Source: Balanoglossus misakiensis
Lineage: Eukaryota > Animalia > Hemichordata
Assembly (NCBI GenBank): GCA_040954595.2
Contig: CM082585.2
Span: forward strand, 6,659,808 to 6,723,807
Direction of reading: 5' to 3'
Length of the DNA: 64,000 nt
The translations under genes and the position numbers were made by a program. The notes beneath the pieces were generated by a model. That model had not been told where the DNA came from, searched no databases, and saw nothing but the letters and a program-made list of their open reading frames with translations. Shown in pieces: positions 50,926 through 62,597 of the stretch. The number at the start of each line of letters is the position of its first letter. Position 1 is the first letter of the stretch.

Positions 50926-53900
50926 TCGTAATACGAAGAACCGTTGTTTATATGGCCTCTCCGATTCCCAGATCCAATAGTACTAGTTGAGTGGTAGCTA
51001 AGAATGTGACGAAACTTTAAAAACTTTTAAAAATAAGCATTTTCCCCTAAATTTTAATCAAGCACTCTTGCGATTCCGATGTAATAATGAATTTCAAATC
51101 TTAATGGTGCAAGTTTTGTATCTCGTCTCTTATTTCTACCGCTTGACAATCCAATCGATCTTCTCACTTTTTAAACAGCAATATTGAACATATGTTTTAG
51201 CGCGTCTTTTTACAATCGTGTTATGCCATGGTTCGAATCTTCCTTTTTGCTATGACAAGATTCCATCTTTTTATGCGCATTTCACTATTATTGTAAAGTT
51301 AAATTAATTCACAACAGAGATTTTAGAAATTTTGCTGTCGCTTTTCAGAAATAATGTCGAAATAATTTACTGAGAGCTAGTAGGCGGCGCCTCAAAAACG
51401 TTATTTTCAAAGTTATTTACATAATGCATGCATTGACAAGCTGATGCGCCCTCTTGTGGTTCAAAACAAACGTGGGTACAGTGCGGAGATAGTGGTCTGA
51501 TAGTAGATTATCATTTTTTGAATTGACGCCTGCATTGATCATGAAGCTTGAACAGTCTACGTTTGCGACCTCTTGAGTTAGCTTTACCCGTGTATAATGC
51601 GAGGCCACATCAGATGTACGGTACTTCACGTACACAATGACATTGGGTTCTGAGGGAACAGAGAGTGTATTTTGAGAATCCAATCGAAGCGATTACAATG
51701 AGTGCAGTCAGTGTAGTTTAACCACCTTTATTATTAACGAGTGAGTGAGTGAGAGGGTGAGTTAATGAGTGAGTCAATGATTTATGACACTGCATTAAAG
51801 AAATTTTACTCCCGCGTTGAAACTTCTTGGGGACATTCTTTGAGCTTTTTTAAACTTAAATTCTAATATGTACCGGGCGAGGTGTCGAAGGTTGTGATAT
51901 GAGACTATATATATGTCATTAATTTTAAGCTGGATCACGTTTTGCTGTAAGATAATAATGTAAGCAATAAAATATTATTTTGGAAAACGTTAAGATTATT
52001 GTCTGTCGGTTTGTACTGTTGCGTGTATGTCTGTCTGCCTATCGGAGTTATTCACCCGTCCGGCATATATTGAAACCAAGGGTCTTAGCATTGGCAGTTT
52101 TTCATATCTCCAAACTATCCATTACACGTTTAGTTTAGTATTTCGGTTAGGTAAAATTTGTAAAGCAAGAATTCCCCAATCAACAATTTTCCTATGTATG
52201 GCTCTCTGACGTCATACAGAACAGAACATGAAAGCACTTTATTATTAATTTATTCGGTGATTCGGCGATGTAAATATTAACCTGTTGCACAGTCCGTTTC
52301 AACGATTTCAGGGCCATGCCTCAAGGGAGAGATAATGCAACATCAACAGTACTCCGTGACCTGACGAAATGTGACCGGGGTAATCTCTCAACGCCCATAT
52401 ATATTGCACTGCCCAGGCTGCAAGAGCCCAAGAACCGAAATCGCCGACCAGAGCCGATCCAGAAACCCTTTTCACGCTCGGGTTTCCGACACACCAGGTG
52501 CTCGAACGACGATTGGCTCCCGCGGTCTGACCCCTGACCCCGTGATGATATGATACGATGCAGACGGCTGGAGGTCGGTAATCCAAGCCGGTGGTGCAGT
52601 GATAACACCGCTGTTATTTTTAGCGTCTATAAATGTACAAGAAAATCAAACCAGCGCCACTTTGGCTGTTCGGTGATGCAGGAACACAGAATCCTCGTGG
52701 TAAGTCTGTCATTTCCAAACTATTTTTGGGTGGGCGTTTAACATTCTGACGAACGGTTCGGTGAGATCAAATCACTCATTTTACAACTGCGCTGATTACC
52801 GTGGTATAAAGCGCAATGTATCTGTACAACTGAGCGGATATAAGCACAAAAGCACACACTTCTTGCAGAAATATCCACGCCGGATTTTAGACACAAAACG
52901 AGTGCAACGCTTGAAATAAAAAGGGAATATATTGTTGATGGAATCTTTGTAAATCAACACAATAGACATATTTCCTTTCAAATGATATATTGACCTAATA
53001 ACATTCAGTGTCGACATGTGCCGGGTTGTGGTCGGCAACTCTATACCTATGAAATGCTGATCAACACTTTTCACTCTCGCATCATTTCATGTCATTTCTA
53101 CTCTATGTTCATCAAAGTGAACTGTATTATTAAACCTCGCATACTTTATCAGTACGTCGTATTTGGCCAATCTGTCATCGTTAACAAGCTCCTTATCATT
53201 TAGGAACCAAAATAGAGGGAGAAAATACTGACTGAGGAATCAAGAACTTGCACGTAGTTGACGAAAAACGTGTCTTTTTCGTGTCTACTGCCAATGTGTG
53301 TGTGTGTGTGTGTTGTTCGTGCGCGCGCAATTTTTCAAAAACACCCACAAGCTGTATATCCAAGCCTTGACCTTTCCTTGTGATCAACTTTCGGTCAAGT
53401 GCAAAGCTGTTTCAACTATCTAGGTCGTGTCGTGATACTTGTCTGCTCCAACCGTGCAATTAATTCAATACAAACCGTAAAAAATATAGGGTAACATGCC
53501 ATTTTTATTATTTTCCACTGCGTCATATCTTTATTGTTTTCTTTTGTACAACAAACATGGAGACCACGAGTTTGTGATTAATATATAGTAACATCTGGGA
53601 GGGCAGTCTGTCGGGTGACCCCCTCAGGGCTCCATGTTAGATTTAAACACATCATCGCCACATCACGAGGAGCTTGACACACACAGAATTTGTGACGTCA
53701 TCCATGTATGTTTACTTTCACCGCCGGCTGTGTAGAGTAGCGATATTTTAGTTACAACGGCACGGATCGCAGAGGCGGTGATTAATTTTGGCTGTAAATA
53801 TGCAGTGTCACACTAGCAACATATTTTGAAATCGTATGCTTGGCTGCATGATTATTGAGAAATTTTGCGCTGAAAATAAATATTTGCATAATGTGGCAAA

Positions 53901-54098
53901 AGGTATAGCCAATATCCCTTAACAGGATAGCAATGAATTATGTTGACAATCCTACAGAGCAAGACGTTTATTGAGTTTAAAGGGCCTGTGACATGCTCAT
54001 AACCACAACACGTAAAATCTCCCTTGGGTGCGATATTGTGATGCAGCGTATAAAATCTCCTGGCCCATCTTTTTCCGCACACAGTGCACGACGACGCG

Positions 54099-55136
54099 AT
54101 GGACACGGTGCCACTGTCGCCCGGATATAGAAAACAACAGAGAGGCGTCCGGTTTTCTAGTATCTACAAATCGCTGTTGAGCGTCACAATTATAATCGCG
54201 CTCTTTGGCATTTATTCGTCGTTCATGCGCTTGAAGCTGCAAAGAAACCACCCTTTGGACAAGGATGCTGACGCCATCGAAGACACAACCTCGTTCGAGG
54301 TGCGGAAAGAAGAAGCTGACGAAGACCTTGTTACCCCGGAAACTGGACTGCCAGTCGACCTTATGATCATCCGTAATATAAGCCGCATAATCTATAACAA
54401 GCTTGGAAAGACCGGCAGTCGCAGTTTGCTGGCCATCACGGAAAGAATGTCGGAAAGGAACAATTTTCGTCACGTCAGCTCGGAGCACCACCGGCGATCG
54501 CTGAACATGGACCAAGAGGCCAAATTTGTCCACAACATCATGTCGATACCGCCACCATTTTTATACGACCGCCACGTGAAGTATGTAGATTTTTCACACC
54601 ACGACGTAGAAGACGCGCCTGCGTACATCAACTTGATTCGCGACCCCCTGGAGAGAAAGATCTCCGCGTTCCACTTCTACCGCCGCGCGGCAAATGCGAG
54701 CACGTCCTTCGAAGAATGCGTCATGGAACTACACGAGGAATGCAGGCCGGGTAAACTGGCGCTGATTCCCTACTTCTGCGGCCAGTCAGAGATATGCCGA
54801 GGAGGTCAGGTGGCACTAGAGACAGCTAAAAGAAATGTGGTTGAAAAGTACGTCTTTGTGGGACTCATTGAACACTTCGAGAGATCCCTCCGCATCTGGC
54901 AGCATCTCTTGCCGAACTTCTTTCTCTCGGCGCCAGAGGTGTACCATAAACATTTGAAAAATGACGTCATGGAGAGGGTGAACTCGTCCAAGAGACCGAA
55001 CCCTCCCGAGGCTGTCATGGAAATCATGAGGAACAGAATGCGATTGGACTATGAATTTTATGACTTTGTCAAAAAGAGAATGGTTCTAATTGAGGAGCAA
55101 CTTCGTCTTGCTACCAGGAAAGACAGCAGGAGATGA
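54099..55136 (+). CDS. UST: Uronyl 2-O-sulfotransferase / HS2ST-family sulfotransferase, single coding exon
   Basis: Splice acceptor TTTTCCGCACACAG ends at ~54084 and the ATG is at 54099. TM anchor followed by IIYNKLGKTGSRS, YINLIRDPLER, LIPYFCGQ, ALETAKRNV..YVFVGLIE and YEFYDFVK. The symbol denotes the family; orthology is not established. Confidence 0.85.
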   Translation: MDTVPLSPGYRKQQRGVRFSSIYKSLLSVTIIIALFGIYSSFMRLKLQRNHPLDKDADAIEDTTSFEVRKEEADEDLVTPETGLPVDLMIIRNISRIIYNKLGKTGSRSLLAITERMSERNNFRHVSSEHHRRSLNMDQEAKFVHNIMSIPPPFLYDRHVKYVDFSHHDVEDAPAYINLIRDPLERKISAFHFYRRAANASTSFEECVMELHEECRPGKLALIPYFCGQSEICRGGQVALETAKRNVVEKYVFVGLIEHFERSLRIWQHLLPNFFLSAPEVYHKHLKNDVMERVNSSKRPNPPEAVMEIMRNRMRLDYEFYDFVKKRMVLIEEQLRLATRKDSRR

Positions 55137-55710
55137 AACATTTAGAGGCTGTGAAGACAAGACTGACAAAAAGTATTCCAGTGGAATGCTTACAGTTTAC
55201 TCTGTTGACGTCTTATTTTGATCTGCTTATTTTTTCAAGAAAGCAAGAAAGAGTGTAATATTTTTATTGAATGTATATTGACACATGTATATTAATACAT
55301 GTGCAAAACTCTGTTTTGTGGAGGCAAATGAAAATGTCCAAATCTCTCAATTTCTGCAGGTAGTGATTTTAGCTGCTTGTAGGCCTATGTACTGATAGGA
55401 TGGGACATGGATTGATGGTGAAAGTATGTAAAGCCGTCGAGTACACTTTTGGGTGTATTCACATTCACACGGTAGAAGCTTGTTGGATACATCAGCAAAG
55501 TCGCTCTAACATTAAGTGCGCCCTCAACCGACATTGTTTTGCAAAGGAGAAGTACCTTATGAAGCCAGCGTGGTGTTGTGTAGCGAGCCAACAATGTACT
55601 GGTATTTTCGACCAATCAATCGCTGTATTTGCACCATAAATATACATGTACTGGTGAATGAATGTGGCTCTTCCTTATCAGTCATTAAATGGCAACAATA
55701 CTATCACTAA

Positions 55711-55997
55711 GGCCCCCAAAAAATATATGTGCTGTTCCGATTACATGGTTTTCAAAAATAGGGTAGGTAGGTTGGGAATTTCTTTTACTTAGCATTTTTT
55801 ATATATATTTGGCCGCCGTAGCGTAGAAGAATGACGTCACAGTTCTTGCGTGATTCTCGCAATTTTCATAAATTTTGTATATTTGACAACGTTAATCTTA
55901 CTTACGGTTTACGAAGCTCTAAAATGTCTAGGGTCGGCGGGCTAAAATTGGGGCAGGTCGGGTAATCGGAACAGCACATATTTTTTTTTATTTGGCC
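55711..55997. mobile_element. PIF/Harbinger-type MITE with TAA TSD
   Basis: TAA|GGCC..AAAAAATATATGTGCTGTTCCGATTAC ... GTAATCGGAACAGCACATATTTTTTTT..GGCC|TAA. Confidence 0.75.
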
Positions 55998-56251
55998 TAA
56001 CGGACCAATAACATAGACGCAAGTGTTGGGGGTAAAGGTCAACTACTTTATTTTATAATTGACGATACAGGAAATACTTAGTAAAGAGGGAGAAGCATGC
56101 CAGGAAACTGAATGCCTTAAATCGTCTAGCTCGTCTCACACGCATGCGCGTAACTTCCGCGTAACTTCCCAGAAGTCATTGTGATCCAAAATGGCGGCAG
56201 CCGAGGGTAGCTTCAATTTAGGTGAGCTAGAAACGGCAATAGACTCTTTAA

Positions 56252-56436
56252 AGGTATACAGTCACCTCCAATTTACACACGCCCATATATGGCTGAAATG
56301 GCGTATTTGGGCGTTCTAAAGAACATATGGTGGCGCTCTTTTTTTCGCGTGTGCCACCCACTGAAAATCAGCGATTGGCTAGATCTCAATTCGCCATGGT
56401 AACTATAGCTAATTTCCAATAGATGACCGTATACCT
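56252..56436. mobile_element. TTAA-flanked MITE (Kolobok-type AGG...CCT ends)
   Basis: TTAA|AGGTATACAGTCACCT ... AGATGACCGTATACCT|TTAA, a 14/16 TIR match. Confidence 0.8.
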
Positions 56437-57135
56437 TTAACGACTCTTTTTCACAATGGGACGGAGGGTTGGTAAATGTCCGCTGACAGTCTGGGCAATA
56501 TGCCACAAGGTTGCCTCGCCCCAGGACAGAAATACAAGAATATCTAAGATTACAAATTTTATCGAGTTGTTGCACATGAAGCTTTATTGTCTTAACAGTA
56601 AAAAAATAATATACCTAATAGCAACAACCACATTTCGAGGGCAACCTAATTATGTGTAGCCATTAATAGTAAGAAATGTTGAGTTTAATGTTTAATAATA
56701 TATTCGTATTAATATTGATAGCTTTTAAATTATTAGTTTGACCTCTAACTTGCAAGTGAATTGTCCACAGCCCTGCTACTGGTATTGTCTGGCGAGCCTG
56801 TGTATTTTATGGCTGATTTTTTGTTTTAGAATGTGTTGATAAAATGTATGTTATTTGGGGTAAGTCTAATATTTACGAACTCACAAATAGAAAATTTACA
56901 GGTCCCGCAACCGTGCATTAAACCCCTTTATTAATTTGAACGGACATTTTTTGGTGATCACATCTGCTCCCTTTAGTCACAAAAAGACTAAGCGATAACT
57001 GAAAACAAAATGACAAGTAAACACCTTTAGATGGTGCAGAGCTTGAATACATTTGATTTGAATTCTATTCAACATTTGGGGAAGATATAAATCATTGCAA
57101 TTTGTAGAGCGGTTGCAAAATTGTCATCATGGAAT

Positions 57136-58756
57136 CTATTTGACCCAAAAGGCGGCCATAGTAGCGCCGGTCATGATGGTAAGGACGTTGGCGAGCGACA
57201 CAGCAACGCCACTCTGGTTGCAGAGATCACCTTGGCAACAGTGCACACAAGACCAATCATTGAATTCCGTGTTACAGTGATACTGGATCTCGGATGCTGC
57301 TTTCTCCAACAAACAATCATTGTAAGCATGATTGTAAGGACCTCCGTAGCATTTTTTTTGGATTAACAACTTCCCTGTGTCGCCTGAAAAAAATAAAAAT
57401 AGCGAAATATTTGAATAAAATCTTGGCTTGATCACTGTTTTTTCACTATTCAGGTTCATATTGCTATACATTATGATTTTCGCACCTCTGACCATTTTCT
57501 GTTGTGTATCTCTTTCAATGTCAGTGGCCTTCCACACTTTGATCTTGATCACGACAATCATGTTAATAGAGAGAGGGGGGAGAGAGAGAGGGGAGAGAGA
57601 GAGTGAGAGAGAGAGAGGGAGAGAGAGACCGCTCTTACCAGTGTATCTGGTGGTAGTCTGACAAGTGTCGAATGACGCCCCAAGTTCTAATTCACCCGCA
57701 TCATCGCAGGTATGTTCTTCCTGGCACTCTGAGTTGTCATTCGCAAAGTAATATGGACCACCATTTTGTCCAGTGTACTGCTGTTTGCAGACATAACACT
57801 TCAAGGATGTGACTACAGGCGGTTACAAAAAAATGTACGATTAGAAGTTTTTTTACACACATGTTTCGATTTCAACATTGTATCCCAAAACACAAAAAGA
57901 TACAGCTATAAATGATGGTTTACATGTACGAATGCAAAAAAGGAGTATGATAAGCCGTCGAACATTCATTTGGTGGCCATATTGGATTTATGCAAATTGT
58001 AAAGTGCAAATGTAAACAATACATTTTCAAAATTGTTCCGAATGTTGAAGAGGTAATTTTGAACTAAAAACACTAGAATAGCTTGCCCAAATATGTCTCT
58101 AGAAATACTGTCCGCCATATTGAATTTATGTAAATTATGAAAATTGCCCAGGTCAAATAATTTTTTCCAAAATGGTTCTTTATGCACATGAAATAGTTTT
58201 AAACTTCAAAATCATGGAAGAAACATGTTTATTTCTTGGCGCATTGCCAAAATCACCAATATTGGATTTATGCAAATTAGACATATTTCCACAAGGTGGA
58301 TTCGGGTGCATTTTTAATGTATTGTTCTGGACACCTCTCAAACACATTCTGAAGAAAAAAATTCTGTTGCAATTTGTGGTGGGTCATGGCCTATATTGAC
58401 TAGACTATACCTGCGTGCGGCCAAGTGAAATTTGCATCTATTGGCAGATTATCAAGACTCTGTTCGCGATTCGAAAATAAGGATTACGAACTTCGATATC
58501 AAAACCCCGATTCCAGCTTCTAGATCTACACGGCATTTTTTAAATAAAGTGATGCGATTCAAAACAACGCCAAAAAGCGAATTCGTTGTCTCAATATAGT
58601 TTAGAACTTCACTATGATGCCCAGGTAACTGCGGATCTAGAACCAATATATCGAGACATGTCAAAATCACGTTATGTTTAGTATCATACAGAAGGAAAAC
58701 TACCTACCTTGACTTAAAGACACGAACAGAAGGCAAGAAAGAAGAATGAACTTCAT
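57136..58756 (-). CDS. Ly6/uPAR (three-finger) GPI-anchored protein, copy A
   Basis: Exons 58756-58708 (signal peptide MKFILLSCLLFVSLSQ), 57812-57639 (VTSLKCYVC...), 57383-57136 (...CVHCCQGDLCN plus hydrophobic GPI tail). Both introns are phase 1, giving the classic Ly6 three-exon layout. Confidence 0.9.
57967..58408. repeat. Interspersed repeat with three copies of ATATTGGATTTATGCAAATT-like motifs in intron 1 of Ly6 copy A
   Basis: The motif recurs at ~57978, ~58116 and ~58258 and is absent from the matching intron of copy B. Confidence 0.55.
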
Positions 58757-59605
58757 TATGCTGAGATAAACTTGTTGAAATGAGGAGGGATGTACTAGTG
58801 GGGTCCTCTTCCTGCGATGCCGATGGCTCAAATGATGGCAAACTTGATGGCGTCGTTGGTATACACAATACATGTGTAACCATAAACAGTAGTACTGTTT
58901 ATGGTGTAACTATGGAAGCAAGCAAGCAAGCGACACAACAAACACGCATGCATATATATCACGTATAGAATAGAATAGAATAAGATTGAATCTATGGGTT
59001 GTTCTTTGTGCATGGAAATAAAGGTTATAATAATGACGATCAATGGCGCGATCATGTTTGGGGTTTACTTGTGTGTTATCAACGCTGGCCAATCAGTGTA
59101 CATGTGACTATGGATTAAATTTTACACAAGAGAGCAGTTGGGTATTCGTTTTCAAATGTGCAAGAAAAAAAAGACCAAGGGAGCGTGATGATGTATACTC
59201 CCTATTTGTAAACTTTGTTAAGGTCATTGTGTTGGTCATTGTGTTGGCTCCGATAGTTGTCAGCATGTTCTTACAAAACAACTTTCTATAACAGATTTAT
59301 TAGCTGAAAGAAACTGAATTTAGGTTTTAATACGATGGCAGGTGTTTTCAAAGGGGTTGTGGAAGGGTCTAGCCACTAGAAAAAGTACTGACCCTGACAC
59401 AGAAAGACGGGGGCCCCTCCCACCATTGTACATGTCTGCAACGCCACAATATACGTGGACCCGTTTCCATTCAAGGTCGAGAAAAAAAAACGTCTAGAAC
59501 CCAATTGTCTGCAAGGTCGAAAGGTCGAGCGGGCATTTGCCTTTGTGTAGGCAAGTGTGGGTCGCAAAGCAACACCGACGTGACTGAGACCAGCAACACC
59601 AAAAC

Positions 59606-59860
59606 CCGCTCGACGGTAACTGCCTCCAAAACTCCGTCATCCACCAGGCCACAGTAACGCGCACAGACACCTCAGACGTGCACGTACGTTGAGTTAACTG
59701 AGAGCGACTTCAAGACGAGCTACAGAAACCACACTTCATCATTTTGACTCGCACGCTCCAGGAACTCCATCGAACTCAGCAAACATATTTGGACACATAA
59801 GGACAACGACATCGCCCACACTCAACCATGATAAAAGAAACGAACCTGCGTCCTCATGCC
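59606..59860 (+). mobile_element. Penelope-like retroelement relic (C-terminal GIY-YIG endonuclease region)
   Basis: Broken translation PLDGNCLQNSVIHQATVTRTDTSD/TYVELTESDFKTSYRNHTSSF*LARSRNSIELSKHIWTHKDNDI...KRNEPASSC. This resembles the PLE endonuclease pattern CPL.G.CL...VVYQA.V....YIG.TE..FK.RY.NH..SF......T.LSK.IW.LK. Confidence 0.82.
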
Positions 59861-60063
59861 CAAAAGACACAATGCATTGTTACACAACAATTAAATCTAG
59901 ACACTCCACGTCACACAACACACTCCTCTCCCTGTACGTTCATATCACCAGCTATATACATATACACATTGTTATGCAAATGTGCCCACCACAACCAACA
60001 TTAAATTCCACCAGCTGGGCATCTGCATATAACCACGTCCACCCTTGTGTTTTCGCCAGTTTA

Positions 60064-60112
60064 GTCTCCTGATGAGTGAGTCCAGTGATTCACGAAACAG
60101 CGTTGTAGAGAT
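60064..60112 (+). ncRNA. Minimal type I hammerhead ribozyme
   Basis: Stem I GUCUC/GAGAU; core CUGAUGA (60069-60075); stem II GUGAGUC-CAGU-GAUUCAC; GAAA (60094-60097); short stem III CAGCGUUG; GUA cleavage triplet ending at 60107. Confidence 0.85.
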
Positions 60113-61398
60113 ACACACACACATACACACGCACACATATACAGTGAAGCGAATCAAACAAATATATGTCACTCTGACCCACAGGCACTAATGAAGTTGG
60201 GGCGCGTTGTGTATAGTAAAAGATTTAGCACAATAGTTGTCGCCAGGACCATAGAATACACGACATTGATCGAACGCCGGCATAGCCATTGTGTCAATTG
60301 TATTAAAAAAATTATTGCACACAACACAACTCAACCCTGACTTCTTTTTAAAATGCGCCTCACAAAAGTTGCTGCGATCACCTGCAGGCTCTCACGTAAA
60401 TTAAGAAGCCTATAAGAGCATAAACTTTCCGAAAAGGTCACTTTCGTGACCACTGTGTGTTTTCCCTCCATTTTGCGTTTTGTTGGTACATGTATAAGTT
60501 TGCCACATTGAGATAGAACTCTGAAGTAGCAAACACATTATTGAATATGTTGGGTTTAATTTAATGCAAATGGGGAATAGTGTATATATAAATTTACATG
60601 CCATACCAATGAAGTACATGTACCACGATGTAAGGATACTCGCGGGCCATGAAACTGGCCTATTTGCCAAAACAGTGCCGATATCTACATTCATTGAGCG
60701 TCGTGTCGTGTGTATACATGTCTTGCCCACCACACACAGGAACTGCGGGGGTCTTACACCGTCGCTCAGGGTTTTTATACCAGCATACCATGTTTCAACA
60801 TCATGTGCTGTAAACACGTAAACAGTCTTGCTTAGAAGAAAGAAAGAAATAACTTATGTCTGATATATAGTTGGACAACATACACTGACACTAGAAAACG
60901 GACGCACGTTGTTTTGTAATTTGGAAATTTCGCGCGTTTGCAATACTATTGGTTGAAAATAGCAACGATCGGACTCAACACAATGATCTCAACGTATAAC
61001 AACTTTTGCAAAGTGGGAGTACTGTCACGCTCTGATGATTGTCAACTACATGTAACTACATGCACAAAGAATTACCCGCCTATTCTAGTCTTTATATTTT
61101 ATATCTCTGTCTGTTTGCTGTTAGTCACTTGCTTGCTTGCTTGCTTCCATAATTACACCAACGTTGCTATCAAGTTCGCCACCATTTGAGTACATCCGTC
61201 CCCATAGTTTATCTATCGATGTAATGTAGTTCATTCTCCTTTCTTGACCCACCCTTCTGCTCGTTGCTTTGTCATAGAAGTACCCATTCTGTTCTGTGCA
61301 GTCGACTGTGAAATTTATATCTCTGTTGTTATTCGCTTGCTTTATATTGTACACCAACGTTGACCCCATTACAACTTGCTTATCTCAGTATCGACAGA

Positions 61399-62597
61399 AT
61401 GGAGTTTATTCTCCTCTCTTGCCTTCTGCTCGTGACTTTGAGCCACGGTAGGTAAAGCTTGCATTGTGTATACTTGGTGGACATGAAGTGGTTATGAGAT
61501 ATATCGAACAAACGCTGGCTCTATGTATGGTGGTCACGTGGCAATAACTTCAACAGACGCAGCAACAAATGTAAAAAAAAAAAAAACGTCAGGCACACTG
61601 TGCTCCCATTTTATTAGAATGAGTACACGTATATTATATGTACCTTACTGTATTTTGGATACAATGGTGTGAAATCGAAATCAATGTATGGAAACCTATG
61701 GTATCTTTTTCATAACCCCCGGTAGTGAACTCCTTGAAGTGTTATGTCTGCAAACAGCAGTACGATGGACAAGATGGCGGTCCATTTTACGCAGCGGATG
61801 ACAACTCAGAGTGCCAGGAAGAATATACCTGCGATGATACTGTGTTAGAACCTGGGGCGTCATTCGACACTTGCCTGACTTACACAGCTTATGATGGTAA
61901 GCTCTCTCTCTCTTTTCTGTCTTAGACCGTGCGTGTCTTGTCTGTGTCTAAGTCAACAGCATTTGCAAATGTCGTTATATTCTTTACTATCAATCACGTG
62001 ATCTGGCAATGTGTCCCATGGCGCAGTCATTTCCAGATGACGGGCAAGCAATATTTCGGCATCCAGTAAAAGTTTTCATGAGTATGTTTTTACTTTAGAA
62101 CCGCCACACACATAACATGTATCGGGTATGTTGCCTCATCAGCCTCATTGCATTTCGTCTGCACAGTCTTTGTCAGCACCACGTAAGTCCACGTTGCTGA
62201 ATTTGCCCGTCATCTGGAAATTTGAATGCGAACGCAACTGCCACCTGAGCGCGTCTGACGTCATTTGATAGCGAAGAATTACTTTAAATACTATAATTTT
62301 GCGCTCAAGCTGAAGTAAATGAACGAAGGGGGTTATTTTATTATTTCAGGCCACACAGGGAAACTGTACATCTATAAATCTTGCTACGGAGCTAATCACC
62401 AGCACGATTACAACGATTGTTTAGCGGGCAAAGCAGAAACTGAGCTCCAGTTTCACTGCGACTCGTCATACCATACTTGGCACTGTGTCCATTGTTGCCA
62501 AGGGGATCTCTGCAACCCGAGTGCTGTCGCTGTATTGATCGCCAACGTTCTGACCATCCTGATCGGCGCTTCCGTGACCGCCTTTTGGGTCAAATAG
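61399..62597 (+). CDS. Ly6/uPAR (three-finger) GPI-anchored protein, copy B
   Basis: Exons 61399-61447 (MEFILLSCLLLVTLSH), 61726-61896 (VNSLKCYVC...), 62350-62597 (...CVHCCQGDLCNPS...AFWVK). Colinear with copy A. Confidence 0.9.
61978..62281. mobile_element. Degenerate inverted-repeat element in intron 2 of Ly6 copy B
   Basis: Perfect internal IR TTTCCAGATGACGGGCAA (62030-62047) / TTGCCCGTCATCTGGAAA (62203-62220), with weaker outer IR ATTCTTTACTATCAA / TTGATAGCGAAGAAT. Confidence 0.55.

Noticed and set aside
52308-52608. GC-rich block considered as a structured ncRNA (RNase P/MRP, 7SK, U3, telomerase RNA)
   Set aside because: None of the diagnostic conserved motifs or a telomeric template was found. 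Better explained as promoter sequence.
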